Of a stretch of 64,000 nucleotides of DNA, positions 8,066-18,957 are shown piece by piece. How positions within the stretch are numbered: position 1 is the first letter of the stretch; each line of letters opens with the position of its first letter. The notes under the pieces were generated by a model, which saw only the letters and a program-made list of their open reading frames with translations, did no database searches and was not told where the DNA came from. A program made the translations under genes and the position numbers. This DNA comes from an uncultured Campylobacterales bacterium (lineage in GTDB: Bacteria > Campylobacterota > Campylobacteria > Campylobacterales > CAZCQG01), in assembly GCA_964500775.1 (NCBI GenBank), contig CAZCQG010000004.1:19383-83382 (forward strand). The letters run 5' to 3'.

Positions 8066-8761
8066 TTACTGAGCCCTTCTCTTTGTTCCGAGGCTGTTAA
8101 GATAAGCGATAAGTGCAACCACTTCTTTGATCTCGCCTCTATCAAGCGCATCTTTGACATCTTGATTTTTCATATCTGCTACAATCTCTTTAGCTTCTGC
8201 AAGCATAAGCTCTCTAGCTTCTGCTACGCTTCCGCCCAGTTTTACGGTTTCACCGCCGAGATCTTGATCATATGGCATACCGAATACTGCTTTTTGCGTA
8301 AACGCTTCGGCATACGCTGTATCCATATCTATGTTGTTGCTAAACATATGTTTGTATGCAGGCATAATTGAGCCTGGAACAACTGCGTTTGGCTCCCACA
8401 TATGGTTTTCATGCCAGTCAGTAGTTCTGTAGTTACCTACTCTATGAAGATCCGGTCCTGTTCTTTTTGAACCCCAAAGGAACGGTCTGTCATACGCATA
8501 CTCACCGCTAAGTGAATACATACCGTATCTGTCTGTTTCTGATTTAAAAGGTCTTACAAGTTGTGAATGGCAAGCATTGCAAGAATCTTTTATATAGATT
8601 TGTCTACCGGCAGTTTCAAGCAAGCTGTATGGCTTCAAACCTTCCGTAGGTTTTGATGCTTCGGCAAAGTTAGGAAGAATCTCAACTAAACCTGCTATTG
8701 AAAATACTACTAAAAACGCAACCGTAAAAAAGAACGGATTTTTTTCTAAAAAACTAAACAT
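8066..8761 (-). CDS. ccoO: cbb3-type cytochrome c oxidase subunit II (monoheme)
   Basis: 231 aa with an N-terminal TM and one CxxCH motif (CNACHS). Confidence 0.9.
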   Translation of the reverse strand: MFSFLEKNPFFFTVAFLVVFSIAGLVEILPNFAEASKPTEGLKPYSLLETAGRQIYIKDSCNACHSQLVRPFKSETDRYGMYSLSGEYAYDRPFLWGSKRTGPDLHRVGNYRTTDWHENHMWEPNAVVPGSIMPAYKHMFSNNIDMDTAYAEAFTQKAVFGMPYDQDLGGETVKLGGSVAEARELMLAEAKEIVADMKNQDVKDALDRGEIKEVVALIAYLNSLGTKRRAQ

Positions 8762-8775
8762 TACTCATTCCTCCC

Positions 8776-10242
8776 TTACGCTGCCATCGGTGTAGCCGAT
8801 TGTGGCTCTTTATCAAGTTGTCTTGCAGCAGTCATTGTCATAATAATGTTGTATGTGAACATCAAGAAACCGACTAGATATAGAAGACCGCCTACGGCTC
8901 TAATTGTGTAATAAGGCATAAGAACTGTCACGGTATCGATAAATGAATATGCCAAGTTACCGTACTCATCTGCTGCTCTCCACATCATCCCTTGTGTGAT
9001 ACCTGCGATCCACATAGAAGAGAAGTAAAGAACGATACCAGTAGTTTGTATCCAAAATTGTGCTTCCATGATTTTTTTAGAGAATATCTCTCTTTTATAC
9101 AATCTAGGAACCATATGGTAACAAGCAGCTATAACCATAAACCCAACCCATCCGAGCGTACCGTCGTGAACGTGTCCGGGAATCCAGTCAGTAAAGTGCG
9201 CAAGTGCGTTAACTGATTTGATTGATTGGATCGGTCCTTCGAGTGTACTTAGCATATAGAATGTAGACGCTAGTACAAGGAACTTAATCATCGGAGATTC
9301 TTTAAGTTGTTGCCATTGACCTTTCATAGTCAAAAGCATGTTAACAGCCGTACCCCAAGATGGAAGAATAAGGATTACCGAGAAGATAGATCCCATAGTT
9401 TGCATCCAATCAGGAACAGTAGAATAGATAAGGTGGTGGCTACCTGCCCAAATATAAACGAACATCAATCCCCAGAAAGAGAAAAGTGAAAGTTTATATG
9501 AGAATACAGGTTGCCCTGATTCTTTTGGCAAAAAGTAATAAATTAGTGCAATGATAGCTGAAGTAAATACGAACGCAACCGCGTTGTGTCCGAACCACCA
9601 TTGTACAAGCGCATCGTTAGTACCGGCATAAAGCGATATTGAGTGTGTCCATGCACCTACGCCTGAAATCAGGAAAGTCGGGATTGAAAGGTTATTGAAA
9701 ATAAAAAGAGTTGCGATAGCAACAAACGTAGCTATGAAATACCACAATGAAATATATATGGTTTTCTCTCTTCTTACGCCCATGCTTCCGAACAAGCTAA
9801 TACCCCACAGAACCCAAACAACAACAACTAAAAGGTCTAGTGGCCAAACAAGCTCGGAGTATTCTTTTGACTGTGTCATACCCATAAACAGAGACACAAC
9901 CGCAAGAGCCATCAAGATGATATACGCCCAAAAGTGTAGGTGACCTATGAACTTCAAGAACGGATATTCGTTATAAGATATCTTGAGAACTCTTTGTCCC
10001 AAGTAATACCAACTCGCCCAAATACCGCTAAGGGTAAAACCAAAGATGATGCCGCTCGTGTGTAGCGGTCTCAATCTACTGAATGTTCCATATTCGCCCG
10101 CCAAATAGTTTAGATCGGGAAACGCCATCTGGAACGCAATTACAACTCCTAAAAGTAGACCTACGATACCGAAAGCCAATGTCGCGTAGACAAATAGCTT
10201 AGAGACCGAATAGTCATACTCTAATGCCGGATTAGATTGCAT
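8776..10242 (-). CDS. ccoN: cbb3-type cytochrome c oxidase subunit I
   Basis: 488-aa polytopic membrane protein of the heme-copper oxidase type. First gene of the ccoNOQP order, with an AGGAGG RBS. Confidence 0.9.
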   Translation of the reverse strand: MQSNPALEYDYSVSKLFVYATLAFGIVGLLLGVVIAFQMAFPDLNYLAGEYGTFSRLRPLHTSGIIFGFTLSGIWASWYYLGQRVLKISYNEYPFLKFIGHLHFWAYIILMALAVVSLFMGMTQSKEYSELVWPLDLLVVVVWVLWGISLFGSMGVRREKTIYISLWYFIATFVAIATLFIFNNLSIPTFLISGVGAWTHSISLYAGTNDALVQWWFGHNAVAFVFTSAIIALIYYFLPKESGQPVFSYKLSLFSFWGLMFVYIWAGSHHLIYSTVPDWMQTMGSIFSVILILPSWGTAVNMLLTMKGQWQQLKESPMIKFLVLASTFYMLSTLEGPIQSIKSVNALAHFTDWIPGHVHDGTLGWVGFMVIAACYHMVPRLYKREIFSKKIMEAQFWIQTTGIVLYFSSMWIAGITQGMMWRAADEYGNLAYSFIDTVTVLMPYYTIRAVGGLLYLVGFLMFTYNIIMTMTAARQLDKEPQSATPMAA

Positions 10243-10516
10243 ATACTACCTCCTAAAAAGTTAACAAAATAGAATACCTAACAAACGGCTCTATTATATT
10301 TGCTACATTTTGATAGTTTGCTTAAGATAGGTGCGGATTTTGGGGTTATTGTTAAAAAAAGTAACTAATTCTGTGTATTAAAAATAAGAACGAATTTCAT
10401 TATTTTATTTATAATCTTTACTAATTTTTCTAATAATAAAAATTATCAGAAAAAATAGTGCGGCTAGAGCCGTTGCGCTTAACAACGTAAACTCTAACGA
10501 CACCATTGTATTGAGA

Positions 10517-13267
10517 CTAGGCATTAACTACCTCTTCGCATCTTTTGCAAACCGTCTCTTCTATTTCGGAGGTAAACTTCCAACATCTCGGACACTTATG
10601 TTTGTTTGCCGTATATATTTTAAAGATGCCCCCTTCGAGCTCAAAGCTATCGATTTCATCATCTCTTTTAACGTCACATACATCGCTCACCATAAACCAG
10701 TCGGCGATCTCTTTACTCAACGGAATCTTCTCACTTGAGATTCCAAGCTCCAACTCTAAAGTGGATTTTATTTTTTTCTCTTTTTTGAGTTTATCTATAA
10801 TCTCGGAAAATCTTTCCCTAGTAAGATTTAGATACTCGAAATCATACTTGTTTGAAACCTCGGGGAGTGCGACAAATAACAAATCACTCACATCGTATCT
10901 ATCACCTTTGATTGCAGGATTGAGATATTCTAGCGCCTCATCTACGGTATAGGTCAAAAACGGCGCGAGCAATGCAAGCATAGAATCCAAAATCATAGCC
11001 ATTGCGCTTTGTGCCGTCCGTCTACTTTTACTCTCCTTGCCGTCGCAATAAAGTCTATCTTTGCATATATCCATATATATACCGCTAAGATCATTCACGA
11101 CGAACGTACTTAAAAGATGCAACCCTTTGGCGAAATCGTAGTTGTTAAAAAACGCTCTGGATTCTTCAAAAGTCTCTTTAGCACTTTGCATTATCCACTT
11201 ATCTATTTCATTAAAATCCTCTATGGGTGAGAGTTGCTCAAGGTCGTTGATATTTGCTAACAAGAATCGGATAGTATTTCTTAGTTTTTTATACTGCTCT
11301 CCTACTTGTTTGAGGATATTCATACTAATCTTTTGATCGCTTTGATAATCACTCATCGCTACCCAAAGACGCAGGATTTCGCTACCGAGTTCTTTGATCA
11401 CTTCGGCGGGCGCTATGACATTTCCTTTGGACTTAGACATCTTCTCACCGTTTTCATCCATCGTAAAACCATGCGTGAGGATACTTTTGTACGGTGCGAT
11501 TCCGTTTATCGCGCAACTCACTAAAAGGGAGCTTTGAAACCACCCTCTATGTTGGTCACTCCCTTCTAGGTACATATCCGCAGGATATTTCCCCGCCCTA
11601 AAAGCGCTATTATCTAGCACCGCTCTCCACGTGGAACCGCTATCAAACCACACATCCAAAATATGTTCATTCTTTTCAAGATCATTTGGATCATACCCAC
11701 AACCTTTGGGTAATAGTTCGCTTATCTCTCTACTCCACCATGCATCCGCCCCCTCTTTTTCAAAGACCTCGGCGAGGTGTTCGAGGACGTCGTTATCGAG
11801 TATTATCTTATCGCTCTTTTTATCCCTAAAAAACGCGATAGGGACACCCCAGTCTCTTTGTCTGCTGATGCACCAGTCGGGGCGATTTTCTATCATACTC
11901 CGTAGTCTGTTGATGCCGTGCGCGGGATAGAACGCGGTTTTCTCTATCTGCTCCAGTGCCACCTCGCGAAGCGTCTTGTCTAATCCTTCGATTTTTTTAT
12001 CCAAAAGAATAAACCACTGCTTTGTCGCCCTGAAAATAATTGGTTGGTGCGATCTCCAACAGTGCGGGTAAGAGTGTTTGATCTTTGTGCCGCTAAGGAG
12101 GTGCTCCCCTAAAAGTTCCAATATTTTTTTATTTGCATCGAATATATGCATCCCGACAAATTCTTCGGGATTCGGCAGTAGATTCTCGCGCACTATAGTC
12201 TCGTCATAGAGTCCGTTATCATCGACGGGCATAAGAATCGGGAGTTCATATTTCAGTCCGATTCTATAGTCATCTTCCCCGTGTCCCGGAGCCGTATGTA
12301 CCGCACCGCTCCCCTCACCGAGCGCTACGTGTTCACCCAGTAGCACCTTTGAAGGTCTGCCGTTTAATGGGTTTATCGCATGATGATATTCAAGGATTGA
12401 TGCTTTGAAAGTCTTTACGATTGTAGCATCCACCACGCCGCTTTCTGAAAGTTTACTATGTAAATCAGCCGCGACGATATACCCTTTTTGGGTTAGCGCA
12501 TAGTCAAACTCGGGATTGAGGGAGATACCTGTATTTGCAGGCAAAGTCCAAGGCGTCGTCGTCCAAATGACGAGTTTAGCGTTTTGGGAATCGAGTATCT
12601 TTTTTGCTTCGCTATCAAGATCAAACGCAACGAATATCGAATCGCTCTCTTTTTCCTTATACTCGACCTCTGCTTCGGCAAGCGCCGTCGTACACGCCCA
12701 ACTCCAGTATACGGGCTTACTTCGCTCTTCTAATAGCCCTTTTTTTGCGATGGAGCAAAGCGCCCTATAGATGTCGGCTTCAAATTTGAAATCCATTGTT
12801 TTGTAAGGGTTGTCAAAATCTCCCAAGATACCGAGTGCTTTAAATTCGCTTCGCTGGATGTCGATAAATTTTCCGGCATGCTCACGGCAAAGTTCTCTAA
12901 ATTTCTTTTTAGGGAGCGAATCTTTCTTCTCCTTGCCGATTTTTTTCTCCACCTGCTGCTCTATAGGCAGACCGTGGCAGTCCCAGCCGGGGGTATAGTG
13001 GACTTTTTTTCCGCTGAAATAGTGGTATTTGACGATAATATCTTTGAGAGTTTTATTGAGCGCGTGCCCTATGTGGGTATTGCCGTTGGCATACGGCGGA
13101 CCGTCGTGGAGGACAAATTCCTCTTGTACATTTGCCCTTTTTTCTAGCATCTTAGAATAGATTTTCTCGTCATCCCATTTTTTATATCTTATAGGTTCAT
13201 TTTGCGGGAGATTGCCTCGCATCGGGAAGTCCGTCGCAGGTAAAAGCAGTGTCTCTTTATAGTCCAT
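10517..13267 (-). CDS. ileS: Isoleucine--tRNA ligase
   Basis: 916 aa. HIGH-type motif (NTHIGHALN), KMSKS, and a C-terminal Zn-ribbon (CPRC...CKRC). Confidence 0.95.
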   Translation of the reverse strand: MDYKETLLLPATDFPMRGNLPQNEPIRYKKWDDEKIYSKMLEKRANVQEEFVLHDGPPYANGNTHIGHALNKTLKDIIVKYHYFSGKKVHYTPGWDCHGLPIEQQVEKKIGKEKKDSLPKKKFRELCREHAGKFIDIQRSEFKALGILGDFDNPYKTMDFKFEADIYRALCSIAKKGLLEERSKPVYWSWACTTALAEAEVEYKEKESDSIFVAFDLDSEAKKILDSQNAKLVIWTTTPWTLPANTGISLNPEFDYALTQKGYIVAADLHSKLSESGVVDATIVKTFKASILEYHHAINPLNGRPSKVLLGEHVALGEGSGAVHTAPGHGEDDYRIGLKYELPILMPVDDNGLYDETIVRENLLPNPEEFVGMHIFDANKKILELLGEHLLSGTKIKHSYPHCWRSHQPIIFRATKQWFILLDKKIEGLDKTLREVALEQIEKTAFYPAHGINRLRSMIENRPDWCISRQRDWGVPIAFFRDKKSDKIILDNDVLEHLAEVFEKEGADAWWSREISELLPKGCGYDPNDLEKNEHILDVWFDSGSTWRAVLDNSAFRAGKYPADMYLEGSDQHRGWFQSSLLVSCAINGIAPYKSILTHGFTMDENGEKMSKSKGNVIAPAEVIKELGSEILRLWVAMSDYQSDQKISMNILKQVGEQYKKLRNTIRFLLANINDLEQLSPIEDFNEIDKWIMQSAKETFEESRAFFNNYDFAKGLHLLSTFVVNDLSGIYMDICKDRLYCDGKESKSRRTAQSAMAMILDSMLALLAPFLTYTVDEALEYLNPAIKGDRYDVSDLLFVALPEVSNKYDFEYLNLTRERFSEIIDKLKKEKKIKSTLELELGISSEKIPLSKEIADWFMVSDVCDVKRDDEIDSFELEGGIFKIYTANKHKCPRCWKFTSEIEETVCKRCEEVVNA

Positions 13268-13365
13268 AATAGTTTACTCTCCGTATATTTTTTCAATTAT
13301 TAAGTGTTTAAAATGGATGTGGATTGTATCAAGATTTGTTTAAGAAGAGATTAGTGTGAAGATAG

Positions 13366-13442
13366 TGGCGGAGCCGACGAGGCTCGAACTCGCGACCTCC
13401 TGCGTGACAGGCAGGCATTCTAACCAACTGAACTACGGCTCC
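13366..13442 (-). tRNA. tRNA-Asp (GTC)
   Basis: Cloverleaf by eye: acceptor GGAGCCG/CGGCTCC, anticodon loop CTGTCAC, T-loop TTCGAGC, encoded CCA. Confidence 0.9.
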
Positions 13443-13449
13443 GCATCTA

Positions 13450-13525
13450 TGGTGGTCGTTGTAGGACTCGAACCTACGGCATCCACCTTGTAAGGGTGGC
13501 GCTCTACCAACTGAGCTAAACGACC
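13450..13525 (-). tRNA. tRNA-Val (TAC)
   Basis: Acceptor GGTCGTT/AACGACC, anticodon loop CTTACAA, T-loop TTCGAGT, encoded CCA. Confidence 0.9.
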
Positions 13526-13547
13526 GTGAAAATATTGTGAGAAAAAG

Positions 13548-13623
13548 TGGCGACCCCTAGGGGATTTGAACCCCTGTAGCCACCGTGAAAGGGTGGTATC
13601 CTTGGCCACTAGATGAAGGGGTC
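13548..13623 (-). tRNA. tRNA-Glu (TTC)
   Basis: Acceptor GACCCCT/AGGGGTC, anticodon loop CTTTCAC, T-loop TTCAAAT, encoded CCA. Confidence 0.9.
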
Positions 13624-13654
13624 TTACTTGTATAAGACATTCAAATTTAAAGGA

Positions 13655-13730
<76 letters not shown>

Positions 13731-13756
13731 ACGCATTTCGTTAAAAATGAGGTGAA

Positions 13757-13785
13757 ATTATAGTTACTTTTTTTTGCGTTGTCAA
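13757..13785 (-). promoter_or_regulatory. Consensus sigma70-type promoter of the tRNA Lys-Glu-Val-Asp operon
   Basis: The minus strand reads TTGACA, a 17-nt spacer, then TATAAT. The -10 ends about 27 nt upstream of the tRNA-Lys 5' end. Confidence 0.6.
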
Positions 13786-13812
13786 GGCTTTTTTGCGAAA
13801 AAATAGAAAAAC

Positions 13813-14904
13813 TCATGATAAATCGTTTTCTGCCAGCTCTACAAGCAGCATAATTGCCCTATATACCGCCTGTTGCTGTATATAATTTCTATCTCCGAAA
13901 AAACGTTCTCGACTGATTATTTCCCTGCTATCACGTTTCGCTACGCCTACAAATACGGTTCCCACGGGCTTTGTTTGTGTGCCGCCGCTAGGTCCTGCCA
14001 CACCGCTAATGGCGAGGGCATAGTCCGCACCGCTGATTTTTAGCACCCCCTTGAGCATATCACTCACCACGTATTCGCTCACTGCTCCGTAGTCATAGAG
14101 TGATTCTGCGCTTACCTCTAGCCAACCTCTTTTAATAGAATCTGCGTACGTAATCACGCTTCCGTTAAATATCGCCGAACTTCCCGATTCTTTCGTGAAA
14201 AAGTAAGAGAGCAATCCCCCCGTACAGCTCTCGGCAAAGGTAATGGTCTTATTATTCTCTTTTAGGCGCTCAATAATATATGCCGCGATATTTGTGGTCG
14301 CTATCACTTTTGAACCAAAAAGCGATTTAGTAGAATCGATAAATTTAGACAACCCGCCGTACTTTGTACAAGTCACGCTTATTTTTGTCCATCCCTCGAT
14401 AATCTCGGTCGTTTGCATCATCGCGTTATACATCTCCGAAATCGGCTTGAGGAGCAACTCTGCACTTTGGTGGTCTATCCCGAATAGATGCAATTCTCCT
14501 TGTTTGACCTCGCTCTCTACAAGAATCTGCGGTATCTCGCATCGAGGTGTGACCTCTAAAAGGTTTACAGCGTGCTCTCGTATCGTGACCAAAAAAGTGT
14601 TTGTATCATAGACTGATGTTTTCGACGGAAGGAGCTGATTCTCTTTGGCTTCTAATGTATCGTTATTGAGCGTGGCAAGCATCCTAGCAATCGTGCTATG
14701 GTTTTTTTTGGAAGCAAAAATAAGTGTAACGGTATGTTTTTTTATAATCTCTTCGAGTTCAAAAAGTATCTCTTTGGGATTCTCGATATTTGCCATGAGT
14801 GTATCGATTTGTCCGAGAATTTTTTTTGATTCCCTAATGAGATAGTCGACAAAAACGTGATCGTTGCATACGTTACTCCCGACTATCACTACACAATTTT
14901 TCAT
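13813..14904 (-). CDS. CinA-family protein (C-terminal nicotinamide-nucleotide amidohydrolase PncC-like domain)
   Basis: The C-terminal half carries FAESCTGGLLS...ALAISGVAGPSGG. I moved the start to the ATG at 14904 (MKNCVVIVG), which has a GGAAAAGAG RBS; the track start at 14925 is a TTG. Confidence 0.7.
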   Translation of the reverse strand: MKNCVVIVGSNVCNDHVFVDYLIRESKKILGQIDTLMANIENPKEILFELEEIIKKHTVTLIFASKKNHSTIARMLATLNNDTLEAKENQLLPSKTSVYDTNTFLVTIREHAVNLLEVTPRCEIPQILVESEVKQGELHLFGIDHQSAELLLKPISEMYNAMMQTTEIIEGWTKISVTCTKYGGLSKFIDSTKSLFGSKVIATTNIAAYIIERLKENNKTITFAESCTGGLLSYFFTKESGSSAIFNGSVITYADSIKRGWLEVSAESLYDYGAVSEYVVSDMLKGVLKISGADYALAISGVAGPSGGTQTKPVGTVFVGVAKRDSREIISRERFFGDRNYIQQQAVYRAIMLLVELAENDLS

Positions 14905-14987
14905 AATCTCTTTTCCGATTTTCAATCTTTTTATGTATTATTACAAAAGTTATATTTTTTTAAGTATAAAAATAAAAAGGATCTCCT

Positions 14988-15818
14988 ATGGCAAAAAAAC
15001 CTCTCACCACAAGACCCGAAGAATCAAATCCCAAAGAGGCGTACAACAAGGAAAATAAATTCAAAAAAGAGTTTTACGAAGATGAGATAACCAAACTCCA
15101 AGTCGAACTCGTAAAACTTCAAAACTGGGTAAAAGACAAAGGAAAAAAGATACTCATCCTCTTTGAAGGGCGCGATGCAGCGGGTAAAGGAGGTGTGATA
15201 AAAGTCCTCACCGAACACTTAAACCCTAGGGGTGCAAGGGTGGTCGCGCTCAATAAACCAAGCGATGTAGAACGGACGCAATGGTATTTCCAACGCTACG
15301 TCGAACAACTCCCAAAAGGGGGCGAGATCGTATTTTTCGATAGGAGCTGGTATAACAGGGCAGGAGTTGAGCGGGTGATGGGTTTTTGTAGCAATGACGA
15401 ATACAAAGAGTTTCTCTACCAAGCACCAAACCTTGAGCAGATGTGGCTAGAGAGCGGGATACTTATCTTTAAATATTTCCTTGACGTCAGCCAAGATGAA
15501 CAAAAAAGCAGAATCAAATCAAGAAAAGACGATCCTCTCAAAATGTGGAAATTAAGCCCCATCGATGAAAAATCACTTGGAATGTGGGATGAATACACCG
15601 AAGCGTTTAACAAGATGTTCGCACGGACACACACGCCCTACACTCCTTGGATACTCGTAAACTCGAGCGATAAAAAAAGGGCGCGTATCAATATCGCTAG
15701 AGACATACTCGCTCATGTAGATTATGACGGGAAAAATCCTGAAAACGTATGTCTCCTCGCCGACCCCGAGATTCTCAATATCTACTCTAGATACGGCATA
15801 AAAACAAGAAGAGGTTAA
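14988..15818 (+). CDS. ppk2: Polyphosphate kinase 2
   Basis: 276 aa. FEGRDAAGKGG Walker A-like loop and WYFQRY, giving the overall PPK2 pattern. Confidence 0.85.
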   Translation: MAKKPLTTRPEESNPKEAYNKENKFKKEFYEDEITKLQVELVKLQNWVKDKGKKILILFEGRDAAGKGGVIKVLTEHLNPRGARVVALNKPSDVERTQWYFQRYVEQLPKGGEIVFFDRSWYNRAGVERVMGFCSNDEYKEFLYQAPNLEQMWLESGILIFKYFLDVSQDEQKSRIKSRKDDPLKMWKLSPIDEKSLGMWDEYTEAFNKMFARTHTPYTPWILVNSSDKKRARINIARDILAHVDYDGKNPENVCLLADPEILNIYSRYGIKTRRG

Positions 15819-15823
15819 TCTAT

Positions 15824-16435
15824 TTGTTTACCGGACTTATTAGAGAGCTAGCCGAGGTAGTTTCATATACCGGCGATGTTTTAAATCTCAAAGCCAAGCA
15901 CAAGCCCAAACTCGGCGATAGTATTGCTATAAACGGTGCGTGTCTTACGGTCATCTCCTTGGAATCCCAAGGGTTTAGCGTGGAATTGAGCCACGAGACT
16001 AGTGCTCTTCTCGCCGTAGAAAATCTCAAAGGAAAAGTCCATATGGAACCTGCGATGCGCCTAAGCGACCGCGTCGAAGGACATATTATGCAAGGGCATA
16101 TCGACACGGTAGGAATCATCAAAAAGATTGACAAAAAAGAATCGTTCTTCGACTTCTTCATTGAAGTAGACAATGAATTTATCCCGCTCATCGTCCCAAA
16201 AGGGAGCATCGGCATAGATGGAATAAGCCTCACGGTCAATGCCCTCGAAAGGAACGTCTTCCGCCTCACTATCATCCCGCATACTATGAAAAACACCCTT
16301 TTTGAGAGCTATAAAATAGGGCAGCGGGTCAATATCGAGACCGACATTTTAGTGCGCTCACTCCGTCATCTCCTCTCGCAAACACAAACACAAACCTCTT
16401 GGAGTGACATCGATAAGGTAATGGCACTCTACTAA
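15824..16435 (+). CDS. ribE: Riboflavin synthase (alpha chain)
   Basis: 203 aa. MFTGLI N-terminus, an internal duplication of the lumazine-binding repeat, and GACLTV/GISLTV motifs. TTG start. Confidence 0.9.
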   Translation: MFTGLIRELAEVVSYTGDVLNLKAKHKPKLGDSIAINGACLTVISLESQGFSVELSHETSALLAVENLKGKVHMEPAMRLSDRVEGHIMQGHIDTVGIIKKIDKKESFFDFFIEVDNEFIPLIVPKGSIGIDGISLTVNALERNVFRLTIIPHTMKNTLFESYKIGQRVNIETDILVRSLRHLLSQTQTQTSWSDIDKVMALY

Positions 16436-16710
16436 TGTATGAACATATAAAAAAAGCGGCGGCACTCCAATATGAAATGGGGAAAGATACCGCTCCAAAA
16501 GTAATCGCAAAGGGAAAGGGGGAGATTGCTTGGCAAATCATCGCTAGAGCGAGAGAATATGAGATTCCTATTTTTCAAAACGAGGCTTTAGCAAACTCTC
16601 TCATCAATATCGAATTAGACGAATCGATACCGAGTGATCTTTACGAGGCGGTGGTGGAGCTATTTATTTGGCTCTATAAAAGCGAGCAAAAAGCGCAGAT
16701 TTCAAACTAA
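16435..16710 (+). CDS. Stand-alone FlhB C-terminal-domain-like protein (EscU/YscU/HrcU family fragment type)
   Basis: 91 aa. AAALQYEMGKDTAPKVIAKGKGEIAWQIIARAREYEIPIFQNEALANSL matches the post-cleavage FlhB-C fold. No TM region and no NPTH site. Confidence 0.7.
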   Translation: MYEHIKKAAALQYEMGKDTAPKVIAKGKGEIAWQIIARAREYEIPIFQNEALANSLINIELDESIPSDLYEAVVELFIWLYKSEQKAQISN

Positions 16711-16711
16711 G

Positions 16712-17764
16712 TTATCGTATCTTTGCGTAATACCCAAACGACACCAAACTAATCACGACAAACGGAAAAAGGACTGCTAGTTCAGGACTCACGACCCCGC
16801 CTATAGATAACCTACCCAGAATAAAAAGAAGACCCCAAAGCATTACCGCTCCAAAAAGCGATACGACACTATAAAGCACAAGATTAGAATCTCTCCTGCC
16901 GAGCGGGAGGTAGTAGTATATGACCGTATTAAAGAGGAGGGGTACTATAGGTGAAAACAACATAATAAATAAAGCGGCAAGAACACGACTCGTATTTATA
17001 TTTTGCTCTTGCAGCACCCCGATCGCCTCATACGCATCTCTGATACTCATACTCCCCTGCATATCATAGACTCGATCAAATACATTTGGTTTAAATCCAA
17101 CAAGTTCTATCTTGTTTTCATAAGAGACAATATCCACTTTTGAATTGATTTCATCAAGAATGTTTGTTTCGGTGACATTAAAAAACATCCATTTGTCATC
17201 CCCGAATATCCCTTTTTTTGCCGAGATAAGTCTTTTGATTTTCCCTTCATTCATTTCGTATATCTTGATATTTTCCGCTTTTTTGAGGAGCGGATAAAAG
17301 TTGCCGAAATAGATGTAGCTATTTTGGTATCTCACAAAAAAATCACTCTTTATTTTTATCCCGTTACTCTCTTTTGTAATCTCATCAAGTTTATCTTTCG
17401 AGTAAGCAAACTGCGTCGTGTTGAGTAATATAAATATCGCCACGATGAAAATCGTAGCAATAAACGATGGAAAAAGAACCGTTTTTCTAGAGTACCCGAT
17501 AGAGTGAAGCGCTATAAGCTCGTTTTTTACGCTCAAAGAGTACTGATAAAGAATTTGCGTGAGAATAAGCCCGATAGGAATCAAAAAACTAGAGGCATAC
17601 ATCGCGTCATACACGATAAAAAGGGTTACAAGGTTTGCAGAATCTGGAATCTCGTTTGATTTGACAAGAAAATCTACCCCCACATAAAATAGCTCTAATG
17701 AGAGAAATATGATAAAAAACATCTTTAAAAATCTTAGGGAAAGGTACCTAAAGTAGAGCATCAC
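16712..17764 (-). CDS. LptF/LptG-family (YjgP/YjgQ) permease
   Basis: 350 aa with N-terminal TM helices, a central periplasmic domain and C-terminal TMs. It neighbours pth/ctc as in Campylobacter. Confidence 0.7.
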   Translation of the reverse strand: MMLYFRYLSLRFLKMFFIIFLSLELFYVGVDFLVKSNEIPDSANLVTLFIVYDAMYASSFLIPIGLILTQILYQYSLSVKNELIALHSIGYSRKTVLFPSFIATIFIVAIFILLNTTQFAYSKDKLDEITKESNGIKIKSDFFVRYQNSYIYFGNFYPLLKKAENIKIYEMNEGKIKRLISAKKGIFGDDKWMFFNVTETNILDEINSKVDIVSYENKIELVGFKPNVFDRVYDMQGSMSIRDAYEAIGVLQEQNINTSRVLAALFIMLFSPIVPLLFNTVIYYYLPLGRRDSNLVLYSVVSLFGAVMLWGLLFILGRLSIGGVVSPELAVLFPFVVISLVSFGYYAKIR

Positions 17765-17777
17765 CGTCCTTGTATGC

Positions 17778-18332
17778 TTATATTCTTTTGCCCGATCTCT
17801 TCGAGACTACAAGCTCAAATTTTTCACCTCTGATTATCTCTAAAATTGACTGACTAACATCTTTTATAAGGGTGGTCAAATGGATAGATTCTTCATCGCT
17901 GAATCGTGAAAGGACATAGTCGGCGACCATGCTTTTTATCGGGGGTTTGGAAATACCGATTCTAGCCCGTTTGTATTCTGTGCCGATTCTAGCATCTATC
18001 GATTTCAGACCGTTGTGCCCGCCGTTACTACCCCCCGTCTTATATCTGACCGTACCGAAAGAGAGATCAAGTTCATCGTGGACGACGAGAATATCTTTGA
18101 CTTTGTAAAAGTGTGCTACCGAAAGGATGGAATCACCGGAGAGATTCATAAATGTCATCGGCTTTAAAAGGAGGATATTTTCTTTTTTATAGAGGTCACC
18201 TTTGAAGGAGGCTTTTGTAGCGTTTGCAGGCTTTAGGGCATCGACAAGCGCGTCGATGACCATAAAACCTATATTGTGGCGAGTATCTTCATACTCTTTG
18301 CCGGGGTTGCCGAGACCGGCTATAAGAAGCAT
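17778..18332 (-). CDS. pth: Peptidyl-tRNA hydrolase
   Basis: 184 aa. LIAGLGNPG, TRHNIGF and GGHNGLKS motifs. Confidence 0.92.
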   Translation of the reverse strand: MLLIAGLGNPGKEYEDTRHNIGFMVIDALVDALKPANATKASFKGDLYKKENILLLKPMTFMNLSGDSILSVAHFYKVKDILVVHDELDLSFGTVRYKTGGSNGGHNGLKSIDARIGTEYKRARIGISKPPIKSMVADYVLSRFSDEESIHLTTLIKDVSQSILEIIRGEKFELVVSKRSGKRI

Positions 18333-18871
18333 TATTTTGCTTTGATTACGCCTACAACGGGAACGCTTGCATTTTCATACATAGTCACGCCCGGGAATTC
18401 GGGAAGATCTCTGACTAGGATGTTATCGCCTACGTCAAGATCGGTCACGTTCAACACATAACTTGCAGGCAATGCTTCAGGAGCACCTTTAACTTTTACC
18501 CTTTTTCTTGAAGTGATAAGCACGCCTTTGTTTCTTAGACCTTTTGGCGTACCTGTCGTAGTCACGGGGATGAAGTAATGGGATACTGCGCCCGCAACGG
18601 CGACTTTGAGATCAACGTGAAGAATATCGTTTGTAACAGGATCTGTTTGATATTCTTGAACGACGGTCTTATATGTCTTGCCGCCCACTTCTACATCTAG
18701 GAATAGACCCTCTTTGCTTCTAACTGCTTTTATAAATTCGTTTTTCTTGAAAGCGCAATTTACGTTATCTACACCCTTGGCATAGATATTGGCAATTAGA
18801 TAACCATCTCTCCTAAGCGCCTTGGAAGCTGATTTGGAGATACTCTCTCTAACAATACCTTTAAGCATCAT
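18332..18871 (-). CDS. rplY: 50S ribosomal protein L25 / general stress protein Ctc
   Basis: 179 aa. [11 protein letters not shown] and the HVD..V pattern, directly upstream of pth. Confidence 0.85.
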   Translation of the reverse strand: MMLKGIVRESISKSASKALRRDGYLIANIYAKGVDNVNCAFKKNEFIKAVRSKEGLFLDVEVGGKTYKTVVQEYQTDPVTNDILHVDLKVAVAGAVSHYFIPVTTTGTPKGLRNKGVLITSRKRVKVKGAPEALPASYVLNVTDLDVGDNILVRDLPEFPGVTMYENASVPVVGVIKAK

Positions 18872-18957
18872 AAGTCCTTTTAAAAATTTGAAAATGAGGG
18901 CGTATTGTATAGAAAAATAGCTAAAAATAAGTTTAAATTAAGATATTTCTTATGTTG

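Noticed and set aside
10243-10516. The AT-rich region upstream of ccoN, searched for an FNR/CRP-type palindrome (TTGAT-N4-ATCAA) and for a terminator after ileS.
   Set aside because: Only a TTGAT half-site (about 10301) is present, without the symmetric partner. The CGGC-tcta-GCCG stem before a T-run near 10460-10480 is only 4 bp, too weak to call.
15820-16296. A 158-aa ORF antisense to ribE.
   Set aside because: The opposite strand encodes a full-length riboflavin synthase with clear motifs. The antisense product is Ser/Leu/Arg-rich with no motif, RBS or context.
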